Origin: Spirochaetales bacterium
Lineage (GTDB): Bacteria > Spirochaetota > Spirochaetia > SZUA-6 > JAFGRV01
Assembly: GCA_016928415.1 (NCBI GenBank)
Contig: JAFGKU010000048.1
Coordinates: 2,083 to 66,082, forward strand
Reading direction: 5' to 3'
Length of the DNA: 64,000 bases
Under the pieces are notes generated by a model. It was not told the origin of the DNA and did no database searches. It saw only the letters and a list, made by a program, of their open reading frames with translations. Shown here piece after piece: positions 26,938 to 37,500 of this stretch. How positions within the stretch are numbered: position 1 is the stretch's first letter; every line of letters begins with the position of its first letter. The position numbers were made by a program, and so were the translations under genes.

Positions 26938-28605
26938 ATGGCCGTTATGCGTAAAAAAACCACAGACGAAAATGAAAGAAACAATAACCTGAACGGAAAC
27001 GAACTGGATTTCACCGGGGAATCGCATCAACCACCCCTTGAGATGCCGGATACATCGAAAGAAAACGGCAATGGTAAAATTGTCGCTGTCACCAGGAAAA
27101 AAATCACCAGGAAGAAAGACAGGTCTGAAGTAAAACAAACCGAAGACGACGGGTCTGCTTATTCAAATAACAACGGTTCAACTGCATTGGACGACAGGAA
27201 ACAGAAACGGTTCAATGCATCAACCAATCAGGCAAATAATAATAATCACAATAACAATAACAATAACAACAATAACCAATACCCGAATTCACAAACGGAC
27301 AAAACGCCGGATCTTCTTCCGGAAATAGGTGAGAAGCTGAATATCAACACCCTCACCGACATGAACCTGCCGCAGCTGCGCGAACTGGCGGAAAAATACG
27401 GCCTGAGCAAAGAAACCCTTATTACCATGAGGAAACAGGAAATAATCTTTGCAATACTGAAAGCGCACACTGAAAGAAACGGTTTAATTTATGCCTACGG
27501 GGCGCTTGAAATCCTGCCGGACGGCTACGGCTTCCTGCGCTCACCGCATTACAGCTACCTTCCGGGGCCTGACGATATCTACATTTCGCCGTCACAGATA
27601 AGGTTGTTCAACCTTAAAACGGGGGATGTCGTTGCCGGCCAGATTCGGCCGCCCAAGGAAGGCGAACGTTTCTTCGCGATGCTTCGTGTTGAAAACGTAA
27701 ATAACGACGACCCGACAATCGCGCAGACGCGTATCCCCTTTGACACGCTCACCCCGCTCTACCCCAACAGGCGCCTGAATCTCGAAACCCAGACAAACGA
27801 GATTTCCACCCGCCTTATCAACCTTTTCTGCCCGATCGGCAAAGGTCAGCGCGGCTTGATCGTTTCACCGCCCCGTACTGGCAAGACGATCCTGCTTCAG
27901 AAGATTGCCAATGCCATTACGGCTAACCACCCGGAGGTTTTTCTTTTCGTCCTCCTCATTGATGAACGGCCGGAAGAAGTGACGGACATGCAGAGAAACG
28001 TCAAGGGCGAAGTTGTGGCATCAACGTTCGACGAACAGGCTACGCGTCATGTCCAAGTTGCGGAAATGGTCCTGGAAAAAGCCAAGCGCCTCGTCGAGCA
28101 TAAACGGGACGTCATGATACTCCTCGATTCAATTACACGCCTTGCACGCGCCTACAACCAGACGGTGCCGACTTCCGGCAAAATACTGTCAGGCGGTGTG
28201 GATTCCAACGCGCTCCACAAACCCAAACGCTTTTTCGGGGCCGCCAGGAACATCGAAAACGGCGGCAGCCTGACCATAGTGGCCACCGCACTGATAGACA
28301 CTGGCAGCCGCATGGACGAAGTTATTTTTGAAGAATTCAAGGGCACCGGCAACATGGAAATACATCTTGACAGAAGGCTTTCCGACAGGAGGCTGTTCCC
28401 CGCCATTAATATCAAAAAATCCGGCACAAGGAAAGAGGAACTCCTGCTCAGCGAGGAAGAATTGAACAAGATGTGGATCCTGAGAAAAGTTATCAACCCG
28501 ATGGACGATGTTGAAATCATTGAATTACTGATCGACAGGATGAAAAAGACAAAAGACAACGAAGCCTTCCTCCGCTCAATGAACACGACATCGCTTTCCG
28601 AATAA
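26938..28605 (+). CDS. rho: Transcription termination factor Rho with a ~130-aa low-complexity N-terminal extension
   Basis: [62 protein letters not shown] and FKGTGNME. Confidence 0.98.
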   Translation: MAVMRKKTTDENERNNNLNGNELDFTGESHQPPLEMPDTSKENGNGKIVAVTRKKITRKKDRSEVKQTEDDGSAYSNNNGSTALDDRKQKRFNASTNQANNNNHNNNNNNNNNQYPNSQTDKTPDLLPEIGEKLNINTLTDMNLPQLRELAEKYGLSKETLITMRKQEIIFAILKAHTERNGLIYAYGALEILPDGYGFLRSPHYSYLPGPDDIYISPSQIRLFNLKTGDVVAGQIRPPKEGERFFAMLRVENVNNDDPTIAQTRIPFDTLTPLYPNRRLNLETQTNEISTRLINLFCPIGKGQRGLIVSPPRTGKTILLQKIANAITANHPEVFLFVLLIDERPEEVTDMQRNVKGEVVASTFDEQATRHVQVAEMVLEKAKRLVEHKRDVMILLDSITRLARAYNQTVPTSGKILSGGVDSNALHKPKRFFGAARNIENGGSLTIVATALIDTGSRMDEVIFEEFKGTGNMEIHLDRRLSDRRLFPAINIKKSGTRKEELLLSEEELNKMWILRKVINPMDDVEIIELLIDRMKKTKDNEAFLRSMNTTSLSE

Positions 28606-28610
28606 CGGTC

Positions 28611-29462
28611 TCAAGACCTGCGGTTCTTGACAAGCAGGCTTAGAAAGTAAAAAACCCCTGTAATCAATACGATAACGGCTCCCGTCGACGCGTTCCAGTA
28701 AAACGACAGAACAAGACCGCTTATGCCCGCCGTAAAGGTTATGAGTATGGAAAAAAGATGGTATTGGCGGACATTCCTGGAAAGATTCCTTGCCGCCGAT
28801 GCGGGAATGACCAGGAACGAATTAATGATGAAAAGCCCTATCCATTGGATGGAAATCGCTACAACGACGGCAATCAATGCCATGAAAGAAAGCTCCAGCA
28901 GGTAAGCACGGACCCCCCTGCTCAATGCAAGGTGGGTATGGATACTCAGCAAAAGAAGCCTGTTGTATAAAAACCACCAGAAGACCATGACAATAACGAG
29001 TACGGCAAGAAGCGACAACAGGTCCGAAGACGTGATACTGAGAATGTCTCCTATCATGTAAGAGGAATAACGGGAAAATCCGCCTCCTATACCGCTGGAT
29101 AAAAAACTGATGCCCAATGCAACGACCAGGGATGTAACAATGGAGATAGTGGTCGTGGTGGCGCCGCCTGTCTTGTTTTTAAGAACCGATATAAGGATGG
29201 CGAAAGTGATTGAGAATCCTACCAGGGCCAGCAGGGGGTCCTTGAAGCCCAGCAGGATTCCGATGGCAATCCCGGCGAAAATTGAATGCCCCAGGGAATC
29301 GGAGAAAAATGCCATGCGGTTGCTGACGACCATGGTGCCCAAAATGCCGAATGTGGGGGCTACCAGGAGAATCGCCAGAAAGGCGTTTTTTGTAAAATCA
29401 TGCGAAAGAAATTCAAAGGGGAGCAGCGTATCCATCAAGCCGTAAATCCAGTTCATGATCAA
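28611..29462 (-). CDS. znuB: Zn/Mn ABC transporter permease
   Basis: FFSDSLGHSIFAGIAIG, multiple TM helices and IPASAAR; the start may be the ATG at 29456. Confidence 0.88.
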   Translation of the reverse strand: MIMNWIYGLMDTLLPFEFLSHDFTKNAFLAILLVAPTFGILGTMVVSNRMAFFSDSLGHSIFAGIAIGILLGFKDPLLALVGFSITFAILISVLKNKTGGATTTTISIVTSLVVALGISFLSSGIGGGFSRYSSYMIGDILSITSSDLLSLLAVLVIVMVFWWFLYNRLLLLSIHTHLALSRGVRAYLLELSFMALIAVVVAISIQWIGLFIINSFLVIPASAARNLSRNVRQYHLFSILITFTAGISGLVLSFYWNASTGAVIVLITGVFYFLSLLVKNRRS

Positions 29463-30232
29463 CAGCCTTTCGCCTGATGTTTCCCGAAATAACGGATGAA
29501 AGATTCGGTCAAAAACACTTCGGACGGGGGACCCGATTCAATGACTTTCCCGTCAAGAAGCACTACCGTGTTGGCATATTCCGCCACCATGTCAAGATCA
29601 TGTGACACAATGACGATGGCAAGGTCAAACGAATTCCTCAGTCCGGCCACGATGGAATAGAAAAGACGGATACCCGCATCATCGAGGGCGGAAACCGGCT
29701 CGTCAAGAAGCAGGAGGTCCGGTGCGGGGATCAGGGCCAGGGCCAGAAGAACCCTTTGCATTTCTCCTCCCGAAAGCTGCCCCAGCCTGCGCTCCGCCAG
29801 ATGATCGGCCTTGACAACCGAGAGGTATTCCCTTACCCTTGCCCGTTCCCTATCCGTCTGGAAAAGGAATACCGGCGCCCTGCCTGTGCTTGATAAAAAT
29901 AAATCGGTAACCGTAACAGGCGATGAACGGTCCAGCGACATATTTTGAGGCACATACCCGATAACCGGTTTCCCCGTGTGTTTGCCCTTCGCGTCGAGGA
30001 AATTCAATTTGCCCTGGTGCTTTATAATACCCAGCATTGCCTTGAGCAGGGTCGTCTTGCCGGACCCGTTCGGTCCGACTATGGCGGTTACCTGGCCGCA
30101 ATGAATATGGAAACTCACATCATTTAATATGACCGCTTTACCCTGTGTAACGGTAATACCTTTGACTTTCGTACAACAGAGTCCGCAGGATTTGTTTGCC
30201 ATTACTGCTTCTTTGCCGGTATCCATATTCAC
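29459..30232 (-). CDS. znuC: Zn/Mn ABC transporter ATP-binding protein
   Basis: GPNGSGKTT, IGYVPQ, LSGGEMQRV, LLLLDEP and VSHD; Cys-rich N-terminus (CGLCC). Confidence 0.9.
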   Translation of the reverse strand: MNMDTGKEAVMANKSCGLCCTKVKGITVTQGKAVILNDVSFHIHCGQVTAIVGPNGSGKTTLLKAMLGIIKHQGKLNFLDAKGKHTGKPVIGYVPQNMSLDRSSPVTVTDLFLSSTGRAPVFLFQTDRERARVREYLSVVKADHLAERRLGQLSGGEMQRVLLALALIPAPDLLLLDEPVSALDDAGIRLFYSIVAGLRNSFDLAIVIVSHDLDMVAEYANTVVLLDGKVIESGPPSEVFLTESFIRYFGKHQAKGC

Positions 30233-30238
30233 CTCAGG

Positions 30239-31174
30239 CTATTTCAGGGCCTTTTTAAGCGCCTCCATATTCTTCAGCATGATCTTCTCGTACGCGTCCG
30301 GCAATTCTGGGCCGGTAACCGCCGGATCAAGGGTTAATACCGGAACCCCTGTTTCCCTGTTCAGAAGCTCGGCGATTTTGGCCGGGTACTGCGGTTCCAC
30401 GAACAACGCTTTCACATGCTCCCTGTTAATCGTCTCTATCAGCTCCGTTAATTCCTTCACACCCGGCTCCGAACCAGGTTCCCTTTCAATCACGGCGCTT
30501 ATGCACAGGTTGAATTCGCCGGCGAAATAGGGAAACGCCTCATGGAACGTAATGATATCCCTGCCCCCCAGCGAATCAAGCTCATTGTGCATCCTCTCCT
30601 TTAAGTCCTTTATTTTTTTAACATATTCTTTCGTGTTTTCAAAATACAAGGCCTTATGCTCCGGGTCGGCCAGGGCCAGTCCCCTTCCAATGTTCTCAAT
30701 TTCCCTGATGGCAAGGGACAGGCTTACCCAGACATGAGGATTCGTTTCACCCGTGGTAAAATCATTGGTGCGCATTTCAATTCCCTCGCTGGCCGTCAAC
30801 ACGGTTAGTTCCGGGTATTGCTCAATAACCTTATCAAGAAACGACTCCAGGCCCCCGCCATTGATAATGAAAACGGATGCTTTTTCCAGGTCAAGCATGT
30901 TTTTCGGTGAAAGCTGGTAATCATGCAGACAGCCTGTGTACGGCGGTGTCATATTCAGGAGTTTTATGTCGGGAACATCCCGGGTAATATTCAGGGAAAA
31001 AATGTAAAGAGGATAAAAAGAAGTTACTATTGTAAAAGTGGCGTCAATGGGTTCGGGCTCCTTTTTTCGGGTACACCCTGAGAACACCGGTAAAATAAAA
31101 AAAAGCAGGAATAAAACTATTATAAACGGCGCTCCTGCCCTCTTCCGTATTTTATTAAGCATGTTCACACTCAT
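30239..31174 (-). CDS. znuA: Zn/Mn ABC transporter substrate-binding lipoprotein
   Basis: Start moved to the ATG at 31174 (AAGGAG RBS). Lipobox FSG-C; GCLHDY, NPHVW and TFHEAFPYF metal-ligand motifs. Confidence 0.9.
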   Translation of the reverse strand: MSVNMLNKIRKRAGAPFIIVLFLLFFILPVFSGCTRKKEPEPIDATFTIVTSFYPLYIFSLNITRDVPDIKLLNMTPPYTGCLHDYQLSPKNMLDLEKASVFIINGGGLESFLDKVIEQYPELTVLTASEGIEMRTNDFTTGETNPHVWVSLSLAIREIENIGRGLALADPEHKALYFENTKEYVKKIKDLKERMHNELDSLGGRDIITFHEAFPYFAGEFNLCISAVIEREPGSEPGVKELTELIETINREHVKALFVEPQYPAKIAELLNRETGVPVLTLDPAVTGPELPDAYEKIMLKNMEALKKALK

Positions 31175-31175
31175 T

Positions 31176-31568
31176 TTAATTACTCCTTTTGCAGCTGCCG
31201 CACACACCCGTCAGGTATAAAACATGGGAATGGATGGAATAATCCAGCTCGGAAGCTATTTTATTCATGAGTTTTTCGCGCAGGCAGCCTCTAAATGGTG
31301 AAAAAGTATGGCAGACTTCACAATGGATGAAATGCAGGTGGGGGTTTTCTTTCTTGAAGTAATACCGGACGGCGCCTTCCCTGGTACACAGAATGGTAAA
31401 GCCTTCAATCCTGTGCTGCAGTTCAAGGTAATGGAGGCCCCGGTAAATCGTGGCAAGGTTGACAGCCTTTTTCAGCAGGGCGTGGACATCACCTGCGGAA
31501 AGGGGAACGGATGAACCGTTTATAATGGATAAAATTCGCTGTCGTTTTTTAGTCAATTTGCAAATCAT
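31176..31568 (-). CDS. zur: Fur-family regulator, probably Zur
   Basis: TKKRQRIL, NLATIYRGL, HLHFIHCEVC and GVCGSC; it heads znuACB. Start uncertain (ATG 31568 or TTG 31556). Confidence 0.8.
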   Translation of the reverse strand: MICKLTKKRQRILSIINGSSVPLSAGDVHALLKKAVNLATIYRGLHYLELQHRIEGFTILCTREGAVRYYFKKENPHLHFIHCEVCHTFSPFRGCLREKLMNKIASELDYSIHSHVLYLTGVCGSCKRSN

Positions 31569-31606
31569 TCGCAAATTAATATAGTATTTCTATTTGATAG
31601 AGTCAA
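31555..31606 (-). promoter_or_regulatory. Promoter plus 11-1-11 palindromic operator (Zur-box-like)
   Basis: TTGACT-N17-TATATT (31606-31578) followed directly by AATTTGCGAAT-G-ATTTGCAAATT (31577-31555, one mismatch). Confidence 0.65.
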
Positions 31607-31645
31607 GCCGTCATTTTTTATCTGCCGGTAAGCGTATACTTTACA

Positions 31646-32752
31646 ATGATTAATTATTCACCTATACTTAACAGCATGAAATATAAAGAATTTATTTTCC
31701 CGATCTTAATCGTTTCGCTTTTTTTTACCGGCTTTGTGTCAGTACATTCCGAACAAATATATTATATTGATGAAATGATCGATGAAGCCGCCTGGGAGGT
31801 TATCGATGTCATTTCGCCCAAAAAAGGGGCAAAAACAATCGTGGTATCATACTTTAATATGGATGAGGGATCAGCTTTTTTAAACGATTATATTATCGGT
31901 AATCTTACAACGGCGATTGCCAATGGAATAAACGAGGAGTCATTGCCTTTAAAAATCGTCAACAGGCAATACCTTGACCAGATAATGAAAGAACTCTCCT
32001 TCCAGCTTTCAGACCTGGCCGATCAAACCTCCCAGTTAAAAGTCGGTAAAGTTATCGGAGCCAATATCATGGTAACCGGCTCAATAATGAAACCCGATAT
32101 TACCGTTGACAAGGGGATCGCCTATAAAATCAATCTTCAATTCATAGAGGTGGAAACAGGTGTTGTCATAGGAGGTTACCAGGCGGTATTCTGGACTGAA
32201 CAGGCACAAATCGCCCAGAATAAAAAAGAATCGGATATAAAAGCAAACAAGCCGGAAAAAGAATACACTATCTGGGACGACGGTCAGGATTTTTCAGTCA
32301 CCTGGGCGGAACCAAAAAACGGCGTGAAGGTATCGGTATCTACGCCTGCCACGGGTAAAAGCCATCTCGTGGTGGATGTCTCATGGAAGGATTGGGATGC
32401 CGGTTTCGGGCTCGAATGGGTCAAAAACGAAACATACAAGCTCACGGGCGAGAGCCGTTTAAGTTTCAAATTAAAAAAAGCAAAAGGCCAGGACTGCGAA
32501 ATTGAAATCGCCCTGATTAATGGCGAAGATGATATTGAAATGACCGGGCCGCCCCTGGTTGAGATGAACTATTTTGATCCTAAAAACAAGGAGTACCAGG
32601 AAATCAGTATTCCCTTAAACCAGTTCGTGGTAAAAAAGGGTGTTACTGTGGATTATAGTAAAATTGATGAAATGGATTTTAATTTTTACGGGATTCTGCA
32701 CAGCAAGGGAAGCGCCCAATATTTGATTGACGCGATCACACTTATTCCGTAA
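31646..32752 (+). CDS. Secreted protein: CsgG/FlgO-like alpha/beta domain plus a C-terminal carbohydrate-binding-like beta-sandwich
   Basis: IVNRQYLDQIMKELSFQLSDL..VGKVIGANIMVTGSI..FIEVETG is CsgG-like; LSFKLK...YQEISIPLNQF...VDYSKI is CBM11/CIA30-like. Likely start is MKYK at 31676. Confidence 0.65.
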   Translation: MINYSPILNSMKYKEFIFPILIVSLFFTGFVSVHSEQIYYIDEMIDEAAWEVIDVISPKKGAKTIVVSYFNMDEGSAFLNDYIIGNLTTAIANGINEESLPLKIVNRQYLDQIMKELSFQLSDLADQTSQLKVGKVIGANIMVTGSIMKPDITVDKGIAYKINLQFIEVETGVVIGGYQAVFWTEQAQIAQNKKESDIKANKPEKEYTIWDDGQDFSVTWAEPKNGVKVSVSTPATGKSHLVVDVSWKDWDAGFGLEWVKNETYKLTGESRLSFKLKKAKGQDCEIEIALINGEDDIEMTGPPLVEMNYFDPKNKEYQEISIPLNQFVVKKGVTVDYSKIDEMDFNFYGILHSKGSAQYLIDAITLIP

Positions 32753-32760
32753 TTTAGCCG

Positions 32761-32931
32761 TCAGGCAAACAGGTCTATCTTCTGCCCCAGCCCTGATTCC
32801 TGCATCATCCTGATCAACATATCGGCTTGTTGTTTCTGAATATCCATGGCATTTTTCAGGACCTTGACAGGAACTTCCTGCTGAACCGGGTCAACAGCAG
32901 TGAGACCCGACATTTGCGTATTCACTTCCAT
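32761..32931 (-). CDS. YjfB-like putative motility protein (56 aa, not in the ORF track)
   Basis: MEVNTQMSGLTAVDPVQQEVPVKVLKNAMDIQKQQADMLIRMMQESGLGQKIDLFA; the VLKxAMD and LGQxID motifs match the YjfB family. Confidence 0.8.
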   Translation of the reverse strand: MEVNTQMSGLTAVDPVQQEVPVKVLKNAMDIQKQQADMLIRMMQESGLGQKIDLFA

Positions 32932-32990
32932 GATTGAAATCTAATAAATTCAGGGCATTTTATCAAGTAATGCGGATAAAATTCATCTTT

Positions 32991-33033
32991 AAAAAGCGGG
33001 CTGGACGGTAAGTTAAACACCCGGCCAACCCGT
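32991..33033 (-). terminator. Intrinsic terminator of the GH16 gene
   Basis: Imperfect GC-rich stem CGGGTTGGCCGG...CCGTCCAGCCCG followed by TTTTT on the minus strand. Confidence 0.55.
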
Positions 33034-33085
33034 AAAATACCAATCAGCTTGTCTGCATTTTATCAAGCAGACGCGCAGGCCTTTT

Positions 33086-34375
33086 TTACTGGACCGTGTT
33101 CAGACGCACGGTGCCCAGCGACCTGTAGTTGGAAACATTGTCTGTAACCTGTGCCGGCGAAAGGACCGTATCCTTGGCGTAAAAGACCCAGTCCACTTCC
33201 TCTTTATAGTCACGATATGTGGAACCGGCGGCAAATCCGCCTGCAATAAACCAGTTGTTGAAACTGATGAACATGATGTTGTCGGGATAATATATTCCGC
33301 CGTGGGTGGCATCCAGGGCGCCGTCAATGTAATATTTCACCTGGCCGCCTGACACCTGAATTACGAGGGTATGCCATCCGGCAAATCCCGCGTTGATGCT
33401 GGTGGAGACATTCTGCGACACCCAGGGCTCCAGTTGATACGTTTCCCAGGTGGTCATGTACATGATAGGGCCCTCGGCTCCCCATCCGCCGTTCGGCAGG
33501 TACTCGAAATCGAGCTCACTGTAGGACGGGTCCAGGTCATAGGCCAAAGGCGTAATCGTGAAAAACGTCTGCACAATATTATCACCGTCAGGGCTCCCCG
33601 AATTGGGGGAATCGGTGAAATAGACCCTTGCCGCATACGTTCCTTCAAAGAAAATACGCTGCGTGTACATCTCGGATTGGTTCGTGGTTTCCGGCGTACC
33701 CTGTGTCGATGATAACAGCCTCATGATTTTATTGCTGGAATTTCCGGGATCGGTATAGAAGGTGACGTTCTCCGGCCGCCATGTAACACCTGCCGGCCCG
33801 GGCCCTCCTGAACCTGATTTAACGGTCCAATGCAGGATGCCAAGATTGGAATCGCTTGAGCTTGAATAATTGAAATCATCGAAGAAAACCTGGAATTGCG
33901 GCGTGGGGCCGGGAGTGCCGGTCGGCCCGGGCGTATTTGTCGGGGTCGGCGTTCCCACGATGCAGAGACCCAGGTCTATCCACGGTTCACCACTCCCGAC
34001 AGGACCGTTCCGCTCGGACGGATTGTTTCCCTGGCACCAATAGGCAGCCTGGTAATAATGCCCATTGGGTGAATACTTGACCCTGTCGCCCGTGTAATAC
34101 ACGGTTGTCCGGTTCCATTCTGGATAGGCGGAACAATTATCCCCTCCCTGCGTGGGAGCCGGAGCAGATGTCCTTGTCGGAGTAGGTGTCTGAACGGCCG
34201 GAGTGGTCGGAGCCGATGTCTGTGCCGCGGTGAATGTCGGGGTGGCTGTCTGTGTCGCGGCTGGTGTCGGGGTAGATGTTGACGTGGTCCGCCTTCTGGC
34301 GTCAGCCGTAACGGCCATCAGGAAAATAAGGCATATACAGGTAAAAACAATCTTCCACTTTAATAATTTTTTCAT
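33086..34375 (-). CDS. Secreted GH16-family glycoside hydrolase with an N-terminal CBM5/12-type module and Pro/Thr linkers
   Basis: Signal peptide, PT-rich linker, YPEW...Y..GDRVKY..NG..YQA.YW module, FFDDF and catalytic ExDxE (ELDFE), GWHTLV and YYIDG. Confidence 0.85.
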   Translation of the reverse strand: MKKLLKWKIVFTCICLIFLMAVTADARRRTTSTSTPTPAATQTATPTFTAAQTSAPTTPAVQTPTPTRTSAPAPTQGGDNCSAYPEWNRTTVYYTGDRVKYSPNGHYYQAAYWCQGNNPSERNGPVGSGEPWIDLGLCIVGTPTPTNTPGPTGTPGPTPQFQVFFDDFNYSSSSDSNLGILHWTVKSGSGGPGPAGVTWRPENVTFYTDPGNSSNKIMRLLSSTQGTPETTNQSEMYTQRIFFEGTYAARVYFTDSPNSGSPDGDNIVQTFFTITPLAYDLDPSYSELDFEYLPNGGWGAEGPIMYMTTWETYQLEPWVSQNVSTSINAGFAGWHTLVIQVSGGQVKYYIDGALDATHGGIYYPDNIMFISFNNWFIAGGFAAGSTYRDYKEEVDWVFYAKDTVLSPAQVTDNVSNYRSLGTVRLNTVQ

Positions 34376-34495
34376 GTCATTCTCCTTAAATTAAAGCATT
34401 TTTATATTCTTTCACCGCCTGAAAAATAGCGGTGCTTAATCGAGAGTATTTTATGCTTTTTCACCTCCTTTCATTGTCTCCCTTTACCTCAATTA

Positions 34496-34516
34496 TAAGT
34501 TAATTCATTTAACTAA
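34496..34516. promoter_or_regulatory. Operator-like palindrome (ROK/XylR-like) downstream of the GH16 promoter
   Basis: TAAGTTAA-N5-TTAACTAA (one mismatch), just downstream of TTGACA-N18-TATACT on the minus strand. Confidence 0.45.
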
Positions 34517-34585
34517 CAAACAATGAAAGTATATTCCCAAAAATATTAAATTGTCAAGAACTTTTATATTAAATTTCAGTCCGCA

Positions 34586-37500
34586 TTAAAGCATCAGGTA
34601 ATCCTTTGACAAATACCTCATATAAAATTTATCCGCATCATTCATGAAAATATCATATATATCCGGATCAAAAGCCCCGCCTCTTTCCTCTTCCATGATT
34701 TTTAATGCCTTTTTAAACGGTATGGCTTTTCGGTACGGCCGGTCGGTAGTGATGGCATCCCAATAATCGGCGATTGTTACAATACGTCCGGCCAGCGGTA
34801 TTTCCTCACCTTTCAAACTCCTGGGATAACCCTTTCCATCCCATCTCTCCTGGTGACAATAGGCAATCTGCACAATCGCTTCAATATTATGGATGCGCTC
34901 AAGAAGCTTTTTTCCTATTTCCGGATGACGCTTCATTTCTTCATACTCCGGGGCACTCAATTTGCCGGGATTATTCAGCACCGAATCCCTGACACCGATC
35001 TTTCCAACATCATGTACTATGGCCCCCAGGTATATCTCACGTATTAAAACAGGATCGAGTTTAAGCCTCTGCGCAATATCCCTGGAATATCCCGCCACGC
35101 GGTCCACATGATAACCCGTATATTTATCTTTTGATTCGATGGCACTCGCCAGGGCCAGCAGGAAATCTTCCAACTGGTCTTCCGCCTGATTGCGCAGTTT
35201 TACGGCGATGTTTTTTTCCCGCTCTATTTCCTTTGTCTGCTCCTTCACAAGCTGTTCCAGCACTTCCTTCTTTTCAGCTAAAATATCCTTTTGCAGGGAC
35301 AGATGGTCCCGGAGCTTCTTCATTTCCAGACTGTTTTTTATCCGTACCCGCAGTTCCTTTGCATTAAAGGGTTTTGAAAGGTAATCATCCGCCCCGGACT
35401 CAAGCCCCTCAACCTTCATTTCCGTACCGGCCTTTGCCGTCAGAAGGATGACGGGAATTCCTTTAAGCCGTTCATCCGATTTTATCGCCCTGGTCAATTC
35501 ATATCCATCCATCTCGGGCATCATCACATCGCTTATAATCAAATCAGGACGTTCCCTCACCGCCAGGTCAAGCCCTTCCCTGCCATTGCCGGCAGAAATC
35601 ACATTGTAATCACGGGACAGGAGAGAATCAAGAAAACGGCATATATCGGGATTGTCGTCTACAACCAGGACCGTCATGTGCTTTTCCCCCGGCCGGGCAT
35701 CGGCCTTTACGGGTAATTCTTCCACACGACCGATATCGGCAACAAGGTACTGGTTGATATCTTCCTCGTGATCAGTTTCCCAATCCATGGCGTCAATATT
35801 CTCCGTACTACCGATGGGAAGCTTGATGGTAAAAACCGATCCTTTTCCCTCCGTACTTTCCACGTCGATGGAACCGTCATGCATTTCAATGATTTCCCTG
35901 GCAAACGCCAATCCGATGCCCGTGCCTTCATATTTCCGCTTTTCCAGGCCGTCCAGCTGGGTAAAGCGGTCAAAAACCGTTTCCAGTTTATCCGCAGGAA
36001 TGCCGATTCCGGAATCGGATATCGAAATGGAGAACCAGTCTCCATTCTTCTTCAATGAAATGACGATATTCCCGCTATCCGGTGTAAATTTATACGCGTT
36101 TGAAATGATATTGAAAAATGCCTTTTCGATTAATCCGCGATCAATGAGAACAATAAGTCCGTCACATTCGCTTTTATATTCAACGGAAATCTTCCTGGCG
36201 CCAAACGAACTTTTAATCGTTGAAAAATAGAATTTGAGCAGCCTGTCAATATTGACACGTTTCTTTTTCATTTCCATTTTTCCGGATTCTATCTTGGAAA
36301 AGTCAAGCAGGTCATTGATCAAACTTAAAAGACGGGAGCTGTTGTTGTACATGGAAACAAAAATCTCGCTGTTACTGTCCAGTACATCTCCGAATTCGCC
36401 GCTGCGGATGGACTCAAGCGGGCCCAGCAAAAGCGTCAGGGGTGTACGCAATTCATGGGAAATATTGGCAAAAAAATTGGATTTCAGCCTGTCCAGGTCC
36501 GTGAGTTTTTCGTTCGCGGCTACAAGCTCCTCGTTCATTTTTTTCAAATCCTCTTCCGCTTTTTTTTGCGCGGCCAGGAGATGCAGGTTTTTAATGATAC
36601 TGCCTATCTGAATGGTGAGGGTCTGGTAAATGACGGATTGGGACGGACCGTATTCATAAAGGACCAGGCCGAATAATTCATTCCTGTAAACAACCTGCCT
36701 TATAACCAGGTTAAACCTGTCATTGTCTCCCAGGCAATATTCCGGAAGCATGGCGTCTGAACTGAACAGGCCGTCTCCCTCAATGGCCTTCTGGCCATTC
36801 TGGTCAAAAGCGGTTACTAAACGGCACTTCTCCGGAAGATCATAAAAATGATCTTCCCTGAAAATGACCGGTTCGTCGAACAATGCAAGATATCCCCGGT
36901 TAATTCCCAACAGCGGAAGGCTCTCCACCAAAGACCTTGCCAGACCGGATATATCCTTTTCGGTAATCAGGTTCTGGATTATTGAGACAAGGGAAACCAC
37001 ATTGTTCGTTAAATCAAGACGTGAATAAGCCTGTTCAAGCCGCATCAGTTCGCCGGTAAGGACACGTGCCTGGTGAAAAAGGGATTCCAGAAAAATTTTC
37101 TCCTCAACCTCGTAATCCATGGAAAGCACGTGGTTTCTGAAACAGGTCAGGATATTGTTCCAAAAGGAAATGTCCCTCTTTAAGCGGATATCATGAACAA
37201 GCGCCTTGTTCAATTCATAAATGAACCTGTTCCGGCCGCTGCCTTTCGTATCGACGGCAAAAAAATTATCAACCATTTTGTGCAGTTGCTTTTCGACGAC
37301 GGCATGTGCAGCTACGTCAATCTGCATTGTATCCAGGATGTCGGTCACGATATTATTCTTTATATCGGAAAAGGATACATCCGTAACCGGCGGTTTTCTT
37401 TCAGAACGGACCGATGAAATGTTTTGAAGAAAATTTACTGAATGGGACAAACACCCGCAGGAATTCCTGACGACAAGCTGGGAAGGGAGCGTTATGTCTT

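Noticed and set aside
33900-34290. Pro/Thr-rich low-complexity stretches as DNA repeats
   Set aside because: They are ordinary CAZyme linkers with varied codons.
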